Of a stretch of 64,000 bases of DNA, positions 1 through 9,088 are shown piece by piece. Under the pieces are notes generated by a model that saw only the letters and a list, made by a program, of their open reading frames with translations, was not told the DNA's origin and ran no database searches. The DNA comes from an uncultured candidate division Zixibacteria bacterium. Its GTDB lineage: Bacteria > Zixibacteria > MSB-5A5 > UBA10806. The stretch spans positions 1,312,001-1,376,000 of the forward strand of contig CAWDFP010000006.1 of NCBI GenBank assembly GCA_963801605.1, in the 5' to 3' direction. Every line of letters starts with the position of its first letter. The stretch's first letter is position 1. The translations under genes were made by a program, and so were the position numbers.

Positions 1-68
1 AACAGACCTCCAAGCCAGGAGAATACTCCCGCCTGCATCGGATTAATTAAACATATTTGATAAATCAT
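1..68 (-). CDS. 5' end of a gene continuing off the left edge (MIYQICLINPMQAGVFSWLGGL...), probably the next gene of the head operon
   Basis: ATG at 68 with GGAGG RBS at 76-80 on the minus strand; frame open to the window edge; not in the ORF track. Confidence 0.55.
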   Translation of the reverse strand, partial: MIYQICLINPMQAGVFSWLGGL

Positions 69-91
69 TTTGATTCCTCCAATTGGTTTTT

Positions 92-159
92 GTGGCGTCA
101 GGACCCCGATCCTGACGCTTTGCGTTTCGCTCATTTCGGTCGGGTTTTTGGACCCACCG
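92..159. repeat. REP-like palindrome doublet
   Basis: GTG-GCGTCAGGA-CCCCGA-TCCTGACGC (92-118) followed by imperfect CGGTCGGGT-TTTTGG-ACCCACCG (137-159); same architecture as 8869-8895. Confidence 0.55.
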
Positions 160-196
160 CATAATTAACTCACAACCCGCAATTTGTAACTCATAA

Positions 197-1306
197 CTAC
201 CTGAATTGCCAGCTTGCCGTATCCGGTACTACCACCTTTGATTTCAGAATCACGCCTGATGGATACTCAAGTGCAAATTGGTATTTTGAATTCGTTTTCG
301 AAAGAACGCTATTAGGGAAAAGATCAATCTGCCAGTAGCCGCTGGAATCGCTGGTTGTGGAACGTTTGAAAGGCGTAATCACTATATTGCCATATTTAAC
401 GGGTTGGTAGTCCGCTGGAATCTCCGCAGAAATAGTTGCACCCGTCACATCCTTTCCGCTGATATCATAAACCCAGCCATAAACGCGGCATAATTCCGGC
501 GATGGCGGGTTGCCGGGATCAAACGGTGTCATGCTTAATTGCCAGACCGAATCGCGATGAACGTCAAGGGTATCATATATCGAAACGTAATTGTTGGCCG
601 TAACAGATATAAAGTACGAGGCTTCGTCAAGCTCGACGATTCTTCTTCCGTTTATATCGGTGGAAAGACCCGGCACTCTGGTGACTGTTTGATCCAGCGA
701 CCTGATCACAATTCGGGCGCCCTGGATAGGAGATATGCCGTTTTGTTTGACCAATAACGTGCAGGCTTCGCTTCCCCCGCCGCTGATGGAAAGCCCGGCG
801 ATATCAGCATCGATACCATCTACACCATTGCCATCGGTAAAATCATATACCATTTTAAGACGATCCAGAGCCCTGATATAGGCAGTATCTGAGACAGCAA
901 GCAAACTCTCGATTGGATGCTCACTGACATAATACCAGCCCTTATGCATGTGACTGACCCGTTTGCCGTTGTAGTTTTTGGTTACCAACGCCCACCAGGT
1001 ATAAGCCCCGAGATGGCCGCTGCTATCCGAGGCTCGAGACCGCCATTCAAACATGGTGTTCGCTGGCCAGGAGTTGCCTATATCGTAAGCGGTAGGAGAT
1101 GTAAGTGTAACCTCCTTAAAGGCGGCGCTTCCGTAACATTGCTTGATATAGGCGGTATCCCAGGCGGCGTAATCAAGTCCTTGAGAATCGGCGAAACAGA
1201 ACTGAATGACGAGAGTATCATTTTTATCTCCAGAACCGTTATCAAAAATCAAACCGGCCCAGGCTGTCGATGTCAGCAACAGGAAGCCTGCCAATATTTT
1301 CTTCAT
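197..1306 (-). CDS. Signal-peptide protein with C-terminal carboxypeptidase-regulatory-like/beta-sandwich repeats, in the head operon
   Basis: MKKILAGFLLLTSTAWA signal peptide; PIQGARIV..TDING and VYGWVYD..VTGATISA..TTSDSSGYWQIDLFPN repeats; 4-bp overlap with the upstream gene. Confidence 0.7.
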   Translation of the reverse strand: MKKILAGFLLLTSTAWAGLIFDNGSGDKNDTLVIQFCFADSQGLDYAAWDTAYIKQCYGSAAFKEVTLTSPTAYDIGNSWPANTMFEWRSRASDSSGHLGAYTWWALVTKNYNGKRVSHMHKGWYYVSEHPIESLLAVSDTAYIRALDRLKMVYDFTDGNGVDGIDADIAGLSISGGGSEACTLLVKQNGISPIQGARIVIRSLDQTVTRVPGLSTDINGRRIVELDEASYFISVTANNYVSIYDTLDVHRDSVWQLSMTPFDPGNPPSPELCRVYGWVYDISGKDVTGATISAEIPADYQPVKYGNIVITPFKRSTTSDSSGYWQIDLFPNSVLSKTNSKYQFALEYPSGVILKSKVVVPDTASWQFR

Positions 1307-1908
1307 CTATCATTCTCCATTCTAATCATTCTCTGGCGACGCACTAACAATGCAGATTCATGGTAGAAAATTTTTATCGCCATGCAATCGATATAAGTAT
1401 CTGTTAGCCACTCATCCCAGGAAGTAACCGCATAAAGGCCGAAAGCAGTTGAGTTCGCGCCCGAAATAGTAATAACGATGGGATCGAAATTGAGAAATCT
1501 CGCGCTGTCTGCTCCGGCAACCCCTGAAAGAAGAAATTCGTGCCAGGCGCCGCGGTTTGAACCGGCAATGAATCCGATCTCAAGAATAGCGTAGTCGCCT
1601 TCGCTTGAACCAGCCCCCGTAAATTTATACCAGAGGCTGTCGATTATCGCGTCTGAGGGCAAACTAAATCCATAGTTGGATGTAAAAAGGCTATCATCTA
1701 CGTTGAGACCCATATAGTAGGCGCTGGAGCCATTGCAGGTTTGTACGTAATTGGGATATTCCCACCCCGATCCGGATGCGACCGAATCGCTTTGAGGATA
1801 ATGCCAACCGGTGCTTGCGCCAAATGCCGTAGATACTAAGGCGGCCATTAATATTATGACCAGAAAGCAGACGCGGGACGGAAAGCTATCGTTTATTTTG
1901 ATTGTCAT
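1303..1908 (-). CDS. Secreted or membrane-anchored beta-rich hypothetical protein in the head operon
   Basis: Hydrophobic VCFLVIILMAALVSTAFG segment near the N-terminus; AAGGAG RBS; starts 8 nt after the repaired stop of the upstream gene. Confidence 0.7.
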   Translation of the reverse strand: MTIKINDSFPSRVCFLVIILMAALVSTAFGASTGWHYPQSDSVASGSGWEYPNYVQTCNGSSAYYMGLNVDDSLFTSNYGFSLPSDAIIDSLWYKFTGAGSSEGDYAILEIGFIAGSNRGAWHEFLLSGVAGADSARFLNFDPIVITISGANSTAFGLYAVTSWDEWLTDTYIDCMAIKIFYHESALLVRRQRMIRMENDR

Positions 1909-1916
1909 TCTCCTTC

Positions 1917-2739
1917 CTATGCTTTCGATGGTGACTTAAAGGAACTTATGGCGATCGCAAAACGCGAAAGGATATTGAACGATTCCTTGCGGTACATATC
2001 AGAGATGGTAGCCCAGGATTGTGCATCATTGCCAGAGGTTTTGACCCGCAGCAGGCGATAGCGATTCCATTGCTTTGATACGGCAGATAATCGATACTGC
2101 CATATAGGTCTCAGCCATCACCAAACCGCGGTCGGACGATTCCCGATACGATTCATCGATAAATGAATTAACCTGTTCGTTGGCTTCGGTTATGGCATTA
2201 TCAATAGTGGAATCATCAAGGCTTCCATATTCGGTGGTATAATCGATCAAGACCCATTGTCCGGCCTCGATTGCTCCGGCGGAACGGCGGCGGATAGTCC
2301 CTGCCTGGTAATCGATATCGTAATCGACTCCTCTTTGGTAGACCCGGTAAAATTGATACCAGATTACAACATCGGAGTTGGCCGGAATAGCGCTTACCGT
2401 TAAACGGCGAATCGTGCCGAGACTGTAATCAATATGGTAATCGATATTTTCCACATAAACGATACCCAGGGAACTATCGCTGGCAACAATTATCGAATCG
2501 GGTATTAATTTGGGATGTCCAAGCTGAACCTCATCTCCCATAGCGAAGCTAATCGTTTCCCTAACCGGGACATTTTGCTCTTTGGCTTTAATCGTTTCGG
2601 ATGATGCCAGAATCATCTGATTCTGAAGTTGCGTAGAATCCGAGACTGAGAACTCGGCGGTTTCATTAGAGACGATTGCCGAACCTATATGATGATCCAG
2701 AATATGCTTTTTTACGATTTCGTTTGTTGTAAATGGCAT
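1917..2739 (-). CDS. Head-tail adaptor (neck)-like protein with inserted beta repeats; one frameshift near 2040
   Basis: Helical MPFTTNEIVKKHI and LDDSTIDNAITEANEQVNSFI..AETYMAVSIIC; the shifted frame continues SWATISDMYRKESFNILSRF to TAG at 1917; position downstream of the capsid gene. Confidence 0.55.
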
Positions 2740-2740
2740 T

Positions 2741-3112
2741 TTAGTTCATCTCCATAATTATGAGGTCAACCAGGGCATCGGTCTCAGACTCGGGCGATTT
2801 CGCCAGTCGAAATGATGTTGTCCCAATCGATCCTACCACAAAGCTTCCGACTTCGTTTTTGGGGACAATGATGATCTCAGCATTATTTAGCGATTCGGGC
2901 AGCGCGTTGCCTCGGTGGTCAACTAAGTCTGCAAATTCCACGACTTGAGCAGCCGCGCCGCAGAGTTCGCGAAAGACGATCAGACGATTTGAAGATGGAC
3001 CATTTTCGGTGGCGATGATTGCGGTATCGAGCGAGCCGGAATCTCCCCAGACAACATAATCGCGTACCAGCCACTTGCGATTGCCGGTGAGATAATCGAA
3101 TGTCACATTCAT
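2741..3112 (-). CDS. Hypothetical protein, head operon
   Basis: 123-aa ORF tightly coupled to both neighbours (ATGA overlap upstream, 1-bp gap downstream). Confidence 0.7.
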   Translation of the reverse strand: MNVTFDYLTGNRKWLVRDYVVWGDSGSLDTAIIATENGPSSNRLIVFRELCGAAAQVVEFADLVDHRGNALPESLNNAEIIIVPKNEVGSFVVGSIGTTSFRLAKSPESETDALVDLIIMEMN

Positions 3113-4548
3113 GCGCCCTCCTCGGCAAGCGCCAGATCATTGAGTTTGGCGGCAGCTAATATCTGGGTGCCAATCGGATTAGTTTCAAAGCCGTTCTCGA
3201 CTCGCGCCCGAACCCAATAAGCGGAGATATTGTTTACCAGACCCAACTGCCAACCGGATGGAGCCGACGCAGCATCCTGCCAGAAATAGATAAGCACATC
3301 AGGGGAATCGAAATTATATCCTCCGGAATTAGGCGTAAATTGCACCCAGGATGAACCATCGAAATATTCCCAGACAACACTGCCTCCGGTACCGGAGGTC
3401 GATAGAATTATAGCGGCACAGAAGAATTTCGATTGCTTTCCCAGATATATACAATCGCCTATCGAATCGAGCAGCCCTTGCGATATCGAATGGAAAATAT
3501 CACCGGCCGTGGTATTGCCTGCCGCTGAGGTTTTATCCTGATACTGCGGCGATCCGGCATTCACATAGAGTATGACCTTATCCAATTGTCCCAGAGCCTG
3601 CGAAAAATTCTCCAGGTTAAAAACCGATCCTGATTTTCTGGCATAGCGCGGAATGAAGTAATTATTTCCCAGATGTTTTCCAAAGAAGATGTGAGGCTTA
3701 TTATCGCGGTAAATTATCTGAGGGGATCTAGCCTCAACGCTTTCCACCTCGATCAAGCCGCTCCAGAGTAGACCATCGAATTCCTTAAGGTAGACTTTGT
3801 CTGATTCTGACGGGGAAAATACAACTCCGAGCCTGCCGTCCTCACTTGGAGCTAAATGAAAGCAATCATCTATATAATCCAGCGAGGCGATAGCCGATTC
3901 ATCCTCCCAAACAGGGTTTGAAAGATCGCATCTTCTTAATATCAGGTTGGATCGTCCCACACAATAGACGGCATATATTTTGGATAGATGCTGACAGATT
4001 CCGACATAACCTTGTTCCACCCAGGACGCCGAAAGTGTTGTTCCCCGATCTGTCGGGCCGGTCCCCCAGCTTTGGCCGTCATCCGTTGATGTTTTAGCCT
4101 GGATCGTGTGCCTCATATTGGTAGAAATCCAATGATGATCGAACAGGCACCACAGCTTACTATCGGCATCTTTCAGAATGACCGGTCGGGAGGAATGATC
4201 AAGATTACAAACGACAAGAGGGCTTCCCTGATTCCAGACTCCCGCGTTCAGAGTCAACTTGATTACCTTCAAGACCTGATTCGTATCGGCATAAACCAGG
4301 TAAATATTCCCCGCGGAATCGATACATGCTGAGAAAGGGGAATCATGAGCGTCGCTGGCAATCTGCTGAGCCGCCGACCATGACTGATAGGGATAATCGG
4401 CAAATTTCAGCGATATGCTATTGGCTGAGTCGGCGTAAAGCGCCACCAACCGGCCCTTGAAAATGCCTGATGGCACTTTCAGAAGCCTCGTTTGGGGCGG
4501 CGACCCGGATGGCCGGGCCGCCGTCGAATTTGAAAGCAGTTTATGCAT
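3109..4548 (-). CDS. Beta-propeller (BNR/Asp-box) protein with C-terminal beta domain, possible head appendage
   Basis: Asp-box STDDGQSW, repeated DxxGxxxxxY blades; directly after the capsid gene, GAGG RBS. Confidence 0.6.
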   Translation of the reverse strand: MHKLLSNSTAARPSGSPPQTRLLKVPSGIFKGRLVALYADSANSISLKFADYPYQSWSAAQQIASDAHDSPFSACIDSAGNIYLVYADTNQVLKVIKLTLNAGVWNQGSPLVVCNLDHSSRPVILKDADSKLWCLFDHHWISTNMRHTIQAKTSTDDGQSWGTGPTDRGTTLSASWVEQGYVGICQHLSKIYAVYCVGRSNLILRRCDLSNPVWEDESAIASLDYIDDCFHLAPSEDGRLGVVFSPSESDKVYLKEFDGLLWSGLIEVESVEARSPQIIYRDNKPHIFFGKHLGNNYFIPRYARKSGSVFNLENFSQALGQLDKVILYVNAGSPQYQDKTSAAGNTTAGDIFHSISQGLLDSIGDCIYLGKQSKFFCAAIILSTSGTGGSVVWEYFDGSSWVQFTPNSGGYNFDSPDVLIYFWQDAASAPSGWQLGLVNNISAYWVRARVENGFETNPIGTQILAAAKLNDLALAEEGA

Positions 4549-4562
4549 TAGCTACCTCAATC

Positions 4563-5660
4563 TCAAGTCCAGACCGAGTCGAGCACCAATGAGGCCTCTT
4601 TGACCACCTTGGCATAAGCGATAGACTCGGATATTACGGCCTCCTCGATCTTTTGCTCGATCACCTTGTCATATTCCACCATCAGAGGCTGGCTGATGAC
4701 TTCCTCGATCGCAAAACGGTTGTCGAGTCCGATCAAATAATCGGTGGGAACCTCATCACATCGAATCAGGGTGGCGCCCAGGGGCGAGGTGATCTCTCCG
4801 TTGGTCTGGAAATTGAAACCGATCATCGGGTCTTTGAATTCGGTGAGAGTCAGGATCGATCTAATCTTGTCCTTATGACAAATAAGAACATTGGGCTGAT
4901 AGGGATAGAATTCATTCCAAAATTTCACCAGGTCGTCATAATCGAGCGTGCCGGTGACATCGGTATTGACGACCGTCGCCGAATTGGTATTGCCATCGCC
5001 ATTAATGATGGTATTCACAATCAAAGCCATCTTGTCGGATTGCAGCCGGTAACCGATGTACCACAAGAGCACCTTGAACTGCGCCATACTGCGGTACCGC
5101 AGCGCTTTGTACGTAACTTTGAGCGTCAGGCCGTAATCGGGCACCACGATCGTATTATTCTGTTCGGTGACATTGACCGATGGAATCTCGGCGCCATCGC
5201 CAACCGGACGAAGCGACATGGAAGCATCGGTAGCGCTGTGATCTATCTTAATAGGAGAATAGCGCGAGGTATTTACCTGGGCGCTGGAGGCTATCAGCCG
5301 TCCCAGTTCCGGCCGCATATTCATGCCTCTGCGAATCTCGCGCATCATAAATTCGGGCATCAAAGCCGGCGCTCCGCGATAGAACATTTCGACCGTGATC
5401 GGATTGCGTCCGCCGGTGCGCAAACCACGTAGAGCCAATTGACGCTCGAACGCATCGAGCGGTGAACTTGCGGGACTGGGATCGTACTCCGATTGCTCCA
5501 GAAGCTCGGTGAGAGTCAGGCCGCGGGCTTGAGCATCCATATAGAGGTCGCGGCTAACATCGATCTTTTTGGCGCGCGTCAAATCAACTGATTTTGCGCC
5601 TTTGGTATCGGATACAAATGCATTTCCTAAATCGGACGATAACAGTTTTTCCATTTCCAT
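4563..5660 (-). CDS. Major capsid protein (HK97-fold type)
   Basis: 365 aa; LTELLE..DP..LDAFERQL..PEF..IRRGM N-terminus, VGDGAEIP, IINGDGN motifs; order protease-decoration-capsid; AAGGAG RBS. Confidence 0.85.
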   Translation of the reverse strand: MEMEKLLSSDLGNAFVSDTKGAKSVDLTRAKKIDVSRDLYMDAQARGLTLTELLEQSEYDPSPASSPLDAFERQLALRGLRTGGRNPITVEMFYRGAPALMPEFMMREIRRGMNMRPELGRLIASSAQVNTSRYSPIKIDHSATDASMSLRPVGDGAEIPSVNVTEQNNTIVVPDYGLTLKVTYKALRYRSMAQFKVLLWYIGYRLQSDKMALIVNTIINGDGNTNSATVVNTDVTGTLDYDDLVKFWNEFYPYQPNVLICHKDKIRSILTLTEFKDPMIGFNFQTNGEITSPLGATLIRCDEVPTDYLIGLDNRFAIEEVISQPLMVEYDKVIEQKIEEAVISESIAYAKVVKEASLVLDSVWT

Positions 5661-5726
5661 TATTTCTCTCCTTTTGATTTCATGAGTGGCAGACCCCTGG
5701 GCCTGCCTGGCGATCTTTCATTAATC

Positions 5727-6149
5727 CTAATTCAAAATCAGCGTTACGTCTGTAGCGCCGTTGACATTGACGACCGTACCGCGAGCCACGTTACCGCCGG
5801 CGGGATCGTACGCGGCCAAAACAGGTGCTTGCCTGACAGCCCCGGAGCCATTAACCACCACTCGATTGCCAACTGCCGGCGTTGTTGCCGCTGATGTTAA
5901 AGTGCAGATACCGCCGACCTGGACTGTAGCGACGCGCTTGCCGTTATCGACATCGGTCAGCGAAAGATCGATGAGCTTTCCGAGCAGAATGCCGCCATTG
6001 GTTCCCAGGCTGATTTCGTAATTGCCCACGATACTTACAGCCTTGCCAATATCAATATCCTTGAGATCATCAAGATTGGCGGTCTGATGAATCTTGAATG
6101 TCGCTGTTTGAAAGCCGATACTCTGCAAATTTTGGTCTCTTACTGCCAT
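5727..6149 (-). CDS. Capsid decoration/cement-like protein
   Basis: 140 aa Gly/Val-rich, DIGKAV...ATVQVGG...VVNGSGAV pattern; immediately upstream of the capsid gene. Confidence 0.65.
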   Translation of the reverse strand: MAVRDQNLQSIGFQTATFKIHQTANLDDLKDIDIGKAVSIVGNYEISLGTNGGILLGKLIDLSLTDVDNGKRVATVQVGGICTLTSAATTPAVGNRVVVNGSGAVRQAPVLAAYDPAGGNVARGTVVNVNGATDVTLILN

Positions 6150-6215
6150 TGTTTCTCCTTTTGATTAAATGCTGCGATTTTGATCTCATATCTTACTGCG
6201 ATTCCCGAATCTGAT

Positions 6216-6440
6216 TTACCTGTAATCCCCCGTATAAATGATTTTGCTATGTTCGATCGATTCCCTTGTCTTCAGCAGACGCATTTGGATAGGATTTAGA
6301 TCCATGTGCATTCCACTCGTTTGAAGCTCGCTTTTGATTATTTCCAGATCGGAGGTTATCCGATCAAAATCAATCTGTTCCGTTTTCAAAGGCGTCTTCA
6401 ATTGATTTCTTGATTCCCTCGATTCGTTTGACAATTTCAT
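6216..6440 (-). CDS. Small helical hypothetical protein (possible scaffold fragment)
   Basis: 74-aa ORF with AAGGAGG upstream, within the head operon. Confidence 0.5.
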   Translation of the reverse strand: MKLSNESRESRNQLKTPLKTEQIDFDRITSDLEIIKSELQTSGMHMDLNPIQMRLLKTRESIEHSKIIYTGDYR

Positions 6441-6483
6441 TTATTTCCAAATTGACCTCCTTGACAGTTGGGTAGACCCAACC

Positions 6484-6798
6484 CTATTTGCCGCTGTTAT
6501 AATTCATTGGTCTTGATGTTTTTGCCTTTGGCTGTTCCAGTATGGTCTCAATAGCCGAAAGCCTGGCAACTACCTCATTTTTGAAATCGAAGAGATCGCC
6601 CTTGGTGGAAAACCGCTCATTGATTGTGGCCTCAAGGCGGGCCAGACGAATATCGAGCTCGGCCACATAATGTTCCTCGGCCTTGGTGGCAAGCCCGACG
6701 CGAAGGCCGGTATAAGCGGCATAGTATCCGGATAACGCCGCAGCTACAGCCATGGCAAAGCTTATCAGGTATTTCACAAGCGGTTCTTTGGGAAACAT
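6484..6798 (-). CDS. Membrane-anchored coiled-coil protein
   Basis: N-terminal hydrophobic YLISFAMAVAAALSGYYAAY followed by heptad-like LDIRLARLE..RLSAIETIL; GGGAG RBS. Confidence 0.65.
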   Translation of the reverse strand: MFPKEPLVKYLISFAMAVAAALSGYYAAYTGLRVGLATKAEEHYVAELDIRLARLEATINERFSTKGDLFDFKNEVVARLSAIETILEQPKAKTSRPMNYNSGK

Positions 6799-6810
6799 AT
6801 TTGAACTCCC

Positions 6811-7524
6811 TTACTCGTCTTTGATAAGAAGGCATTCACGGCCGCCGAATAGCCCAACGGCTGTGCGTCGATCTGATTCAGTCACCGACCTGATTTCAGC
6901 GCAACTCACCCGGATAACTTTCTTAATATCTGCCGAAAGCTTGTCGGTGATATAGGTGCCTCTAACCGATCCTTTGTAGACCAGCGATGTTTCCAATACC
7001 TGCGAAATACCGCCGTAAATGAAATGGGGCGAGTCGGGGCCAGCGCCAGGATCATGTGGACATCGCCGGATATCCTCGCCGCAGATTGAGCATTCGGGAA
7101 CGGTGTAGATAAATGAAATCGAACACTCTTTTAAAATGCCTGAATCGATCTTAAGAAGCAGTTCGTCGCTTCCCTCGGCTCTTGGCCAATAGAAGTAGCT
7201 CTTAAGCCAGAGAATCTCGCCGCCCTCTTCCAGCTCAGCGTGAAAGGTGCGCGCCAACGGAGTTTCGGAACGGTTATGGCCAACGAGCACCGGGGTATCC
7301 GCAATCAGCTCGCAGAGTTTTGACAGGTCCTCCCGACGAAATCGTCCTCCATGCGAATTGATCATATCGTTGACCACATACATGGCTCGGATATTGACAT
7401 TTTCCGCAGTAGCCGGCTTGGGCGGTTTTATGATGCTGTTGATTTTGTCAATCAGGGCAGCCCGGCGATCTTCCGGATCACCAAGTGATAAACTGCCGAT
7501 TAGCGTTTCAGTAATCTTTTCCAA
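6811..7524 (-). CDS. Phage prohead (maturation) protease
   Basis: PVLVGH, KIDSGILKECSISF and CSICG..CPH motifs; likely start is TTG at 7524 after AGGAGG, not 7620. Confidence 0.8.
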   Translation of the reverse strand: MEKITETLIGSLSLGDPEDRRAALIDKINSIIKPPKPATAENVNIRAMYVVNDMINSHGGRFRREDLSKLCELIADTPVLVGHNRSETPLARTFHAELEEGGEILWLKSYFYWPRAEGSDELLLKIDSGILKECSISFIYTVPECSICGEDIRRCPHDPGAGPDSPHFIYGGISQVLETSLVYKGSVRGTYITDKLSADIKKVIRVSCAEIRSVTESDRRTAVGLFGGRECLLIKDE

Positions 7525-7553
7525 TTTTCCTCCTTCCACCAAAAAGCATTTAT

Positions 7554-7603
7554 AAATCAAAATGCACTTTGAACGCGTTTTAGAGTCGCTATAAGAGCGT
7601 GGA
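7554..7603 (-). promoter_or_regulatory. Conserved upstream element of the head operon (copy 1)
   Basis: TCCACGCTCTTA-N10-AAAACGCGTTCAAAGTGCATTTTGATTT; both blocks identical to 22337-22385. Confidence 0.8.
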
Positions 7604-7821
7604 AAGGTAGGGGGGAACAATCCTTTGACGGAGAGAGGACGATCGTTCGGTTTTTATGAAAATCGTCTACGAGAGTACAAAATAATTTTTTTGACAGGAT
7701 TATTTGAATGTTAGAACAAACATGGCTGTAAACATAATCCTATGCAGAGTATTTCATTATCTGCAACTGGAATATTTACTCGATTAGCTTATATAGAAGT
7801 TTAGGGCTGGTTTTAAAATTA

Positions 7822-7887
7822 TAAATCGTTGATATTACGGCATTTGCATTTTCTTTAAAAAGAAAACCCGAAGGCATGGATATTGCA
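7822..7887 (+). promoter_or_regulatory. Sigma54-type promoter with upstream IHF site
   Basis: AGGCAT-GGATA-TTGCA at 7872-7887 (GG-N10-GC); 7822-7834 reads TATCAA-CGAT-TTA on the minus strand, matching WATCAANNNNTTR. Confidence 0.6.
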
Positions 7888-7897
7888 ATTAATTACA

Positions 7898-8040
7898 ACC
7901 GATGAGCAATTCCGCAATTAAGACCTGCCTCCTGACCGCTGCTTAGCGTGTTTTGCGCCAGTCCCTTATGGGGCGGAGCAATCCGCACCACCTCGAAGAC
8001 CGGCTTACCCCCCCCTCCTTAAGACCGGTCTTCACTTTTT
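7898..8040 (+). ncRNA. Candidate small RNA 1
   Basis: Lies between the sigma54 motif and a plus-oriented terminator (GAAGACCGG...CCGGTCTTC-ACTTTTT, 7995-8040) with a C-rich CCTCCT loop; internal GCGGA-GCAA-TCCGC hairpin. Confidence 0.5.
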
Positions 8041-8079
8041 ATATGATTTGCGAGTGATGTTTAACTCTGTTTAGTGCTA

Positions 8080-8301
8080 TCAAGCCGGTGGTAGTTTTGA
8101 ACCCCAAAACGGCACTTTCAAGATGGGAGCGAGTATGCAACCATTGATGATCCCCAATGTCAACGGAAGTAATCCGAATATCGCTATAATCCATCCGCCC
8201 GTACCGTGGATAACGCTGATTCCAAGGATAATCAGGACCAAGCCAACCACTATTCGCAATCCCCTTCCAAATGCAGTGGCCATGAATCGTGCTAAACCCA
8301 T
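8080..8301 (-). CDS. DUF2892/YgaP-like small membrane protein
   Basis: GRGLRIVVG...GLLPLTLGIINGC two-TM pattern. Confidence 0.75.
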   Translation of the reverse strand: MGLARFMATAFGRGLRIVVGLVLIILGISVIHGTGGWIIAIFGLLPLTLGIINGCILAPILKVPFWGSKLPPA

Positions 8302-8440
8302 CTGGTTCTCCTTTTTTTCATGGTTTGAATAATATCTATGTTGTCCAACGATCTTTCAGGGTCATCAAGTTTCCGCTGGCGAGACCTATCAGGCATATCA
8401 AAGCGATTCGCGGAATCAATCATTGTTGTGGTTACAGGTC

Positions 8441-8743
8441 TCAAATTCTACTAATTCTAACTAAGTCTATAAGCGTATCTCCCGCTAGGCAAAAGACTGC
8501 CTGAGCTGGACTCAATTTGGCCGAAATCCGCACTCGCAACCCCTCTTGCTGGAACGATTCCGGTAAGATCGTAAAACCATACCGATTGCCATCATCCATG
8601 GCAATTCCCCAGCATCCGCCTTCAAGGCCGCTGTAAACAATCGAGCCATTCCCGGTAATGAGATTCGCCCCCTGGTCGCTGCATCCACTAACCAGAACAA
8701 AACAAATGATTCCCAGCCCAATCGCGAAAATTAATTTCCCCAT
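8441..8743 (-). CDS. Small lipoprotein, paralog of 31500-31787
   Basis: Lipobox LVSGC; EGGCWGI..D.G.RY..LP..F...GLRVR motif. Confidence 0.75.
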   Translation of the reverse strand: MGKLIFAIGLGIICFVLVSGCSDQGANLITGNGSIVYSGLEGGCWGIAMDDGNRYGFTILPESFQQEGLRVRISAKLSPAQAVFCLAGDTLIDLVRISRI

Positions 8744-8868
8744 ATTGTCCTCAACTTGATCAGCCGCGAAAATTATAACTATGCAAAACGAATAAATACC
8801 CGCTGGAAATTTACCATCTTTCAGCCAATTGTCAATCAGATTGCATAAAAATCAATAGCTATTGCAGG

Positions 8869-8895
8869 GTAGTGTCGGGTCCTCGAACCCGACAC
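8869..8895 (+). repeat. GTAG-type REP-like palindrome
   Basis: GTA-GTGTCGGGT-CCTCGA-ACCCGACAC. Confidence 0.55.
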
Positions 8896-9088
8896 AAATA
8901 AACATTGGCGGTTGGTTTCAAGACATAACGGTCCCCCGGATATTTTTCACTTAACAAAACTAATAAATTATTCGTATATTAATAATCTCGCGGCGGTCCT
9001 CATCCTGGTTTAACCAATTCAGGCTTTTATTTCAATTTTTGTTGGATTTGGATTGCAATTTTACGGGCGTTGTTGAACAGGTAATACG

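Noticed and set aside
4653..5432. 259-aa plus-strand ORF and similar antisense ORFs in the track
   Set aside because: Shadows of well-supported opposite-strand genes, with no recognisable motifs
4563..5660. Encapsulin nanocompartment
   Set aside because: A protease, portal and terminase linked by a shared upstream element point to a DNA-packaging head
7525..7620. N-terminal extension of the protease ORF (and 22379-22429 for the portal)
   Set aside because: These overlap the conserved upstream element; strong RBS sequences support starts at 7524 and 22430
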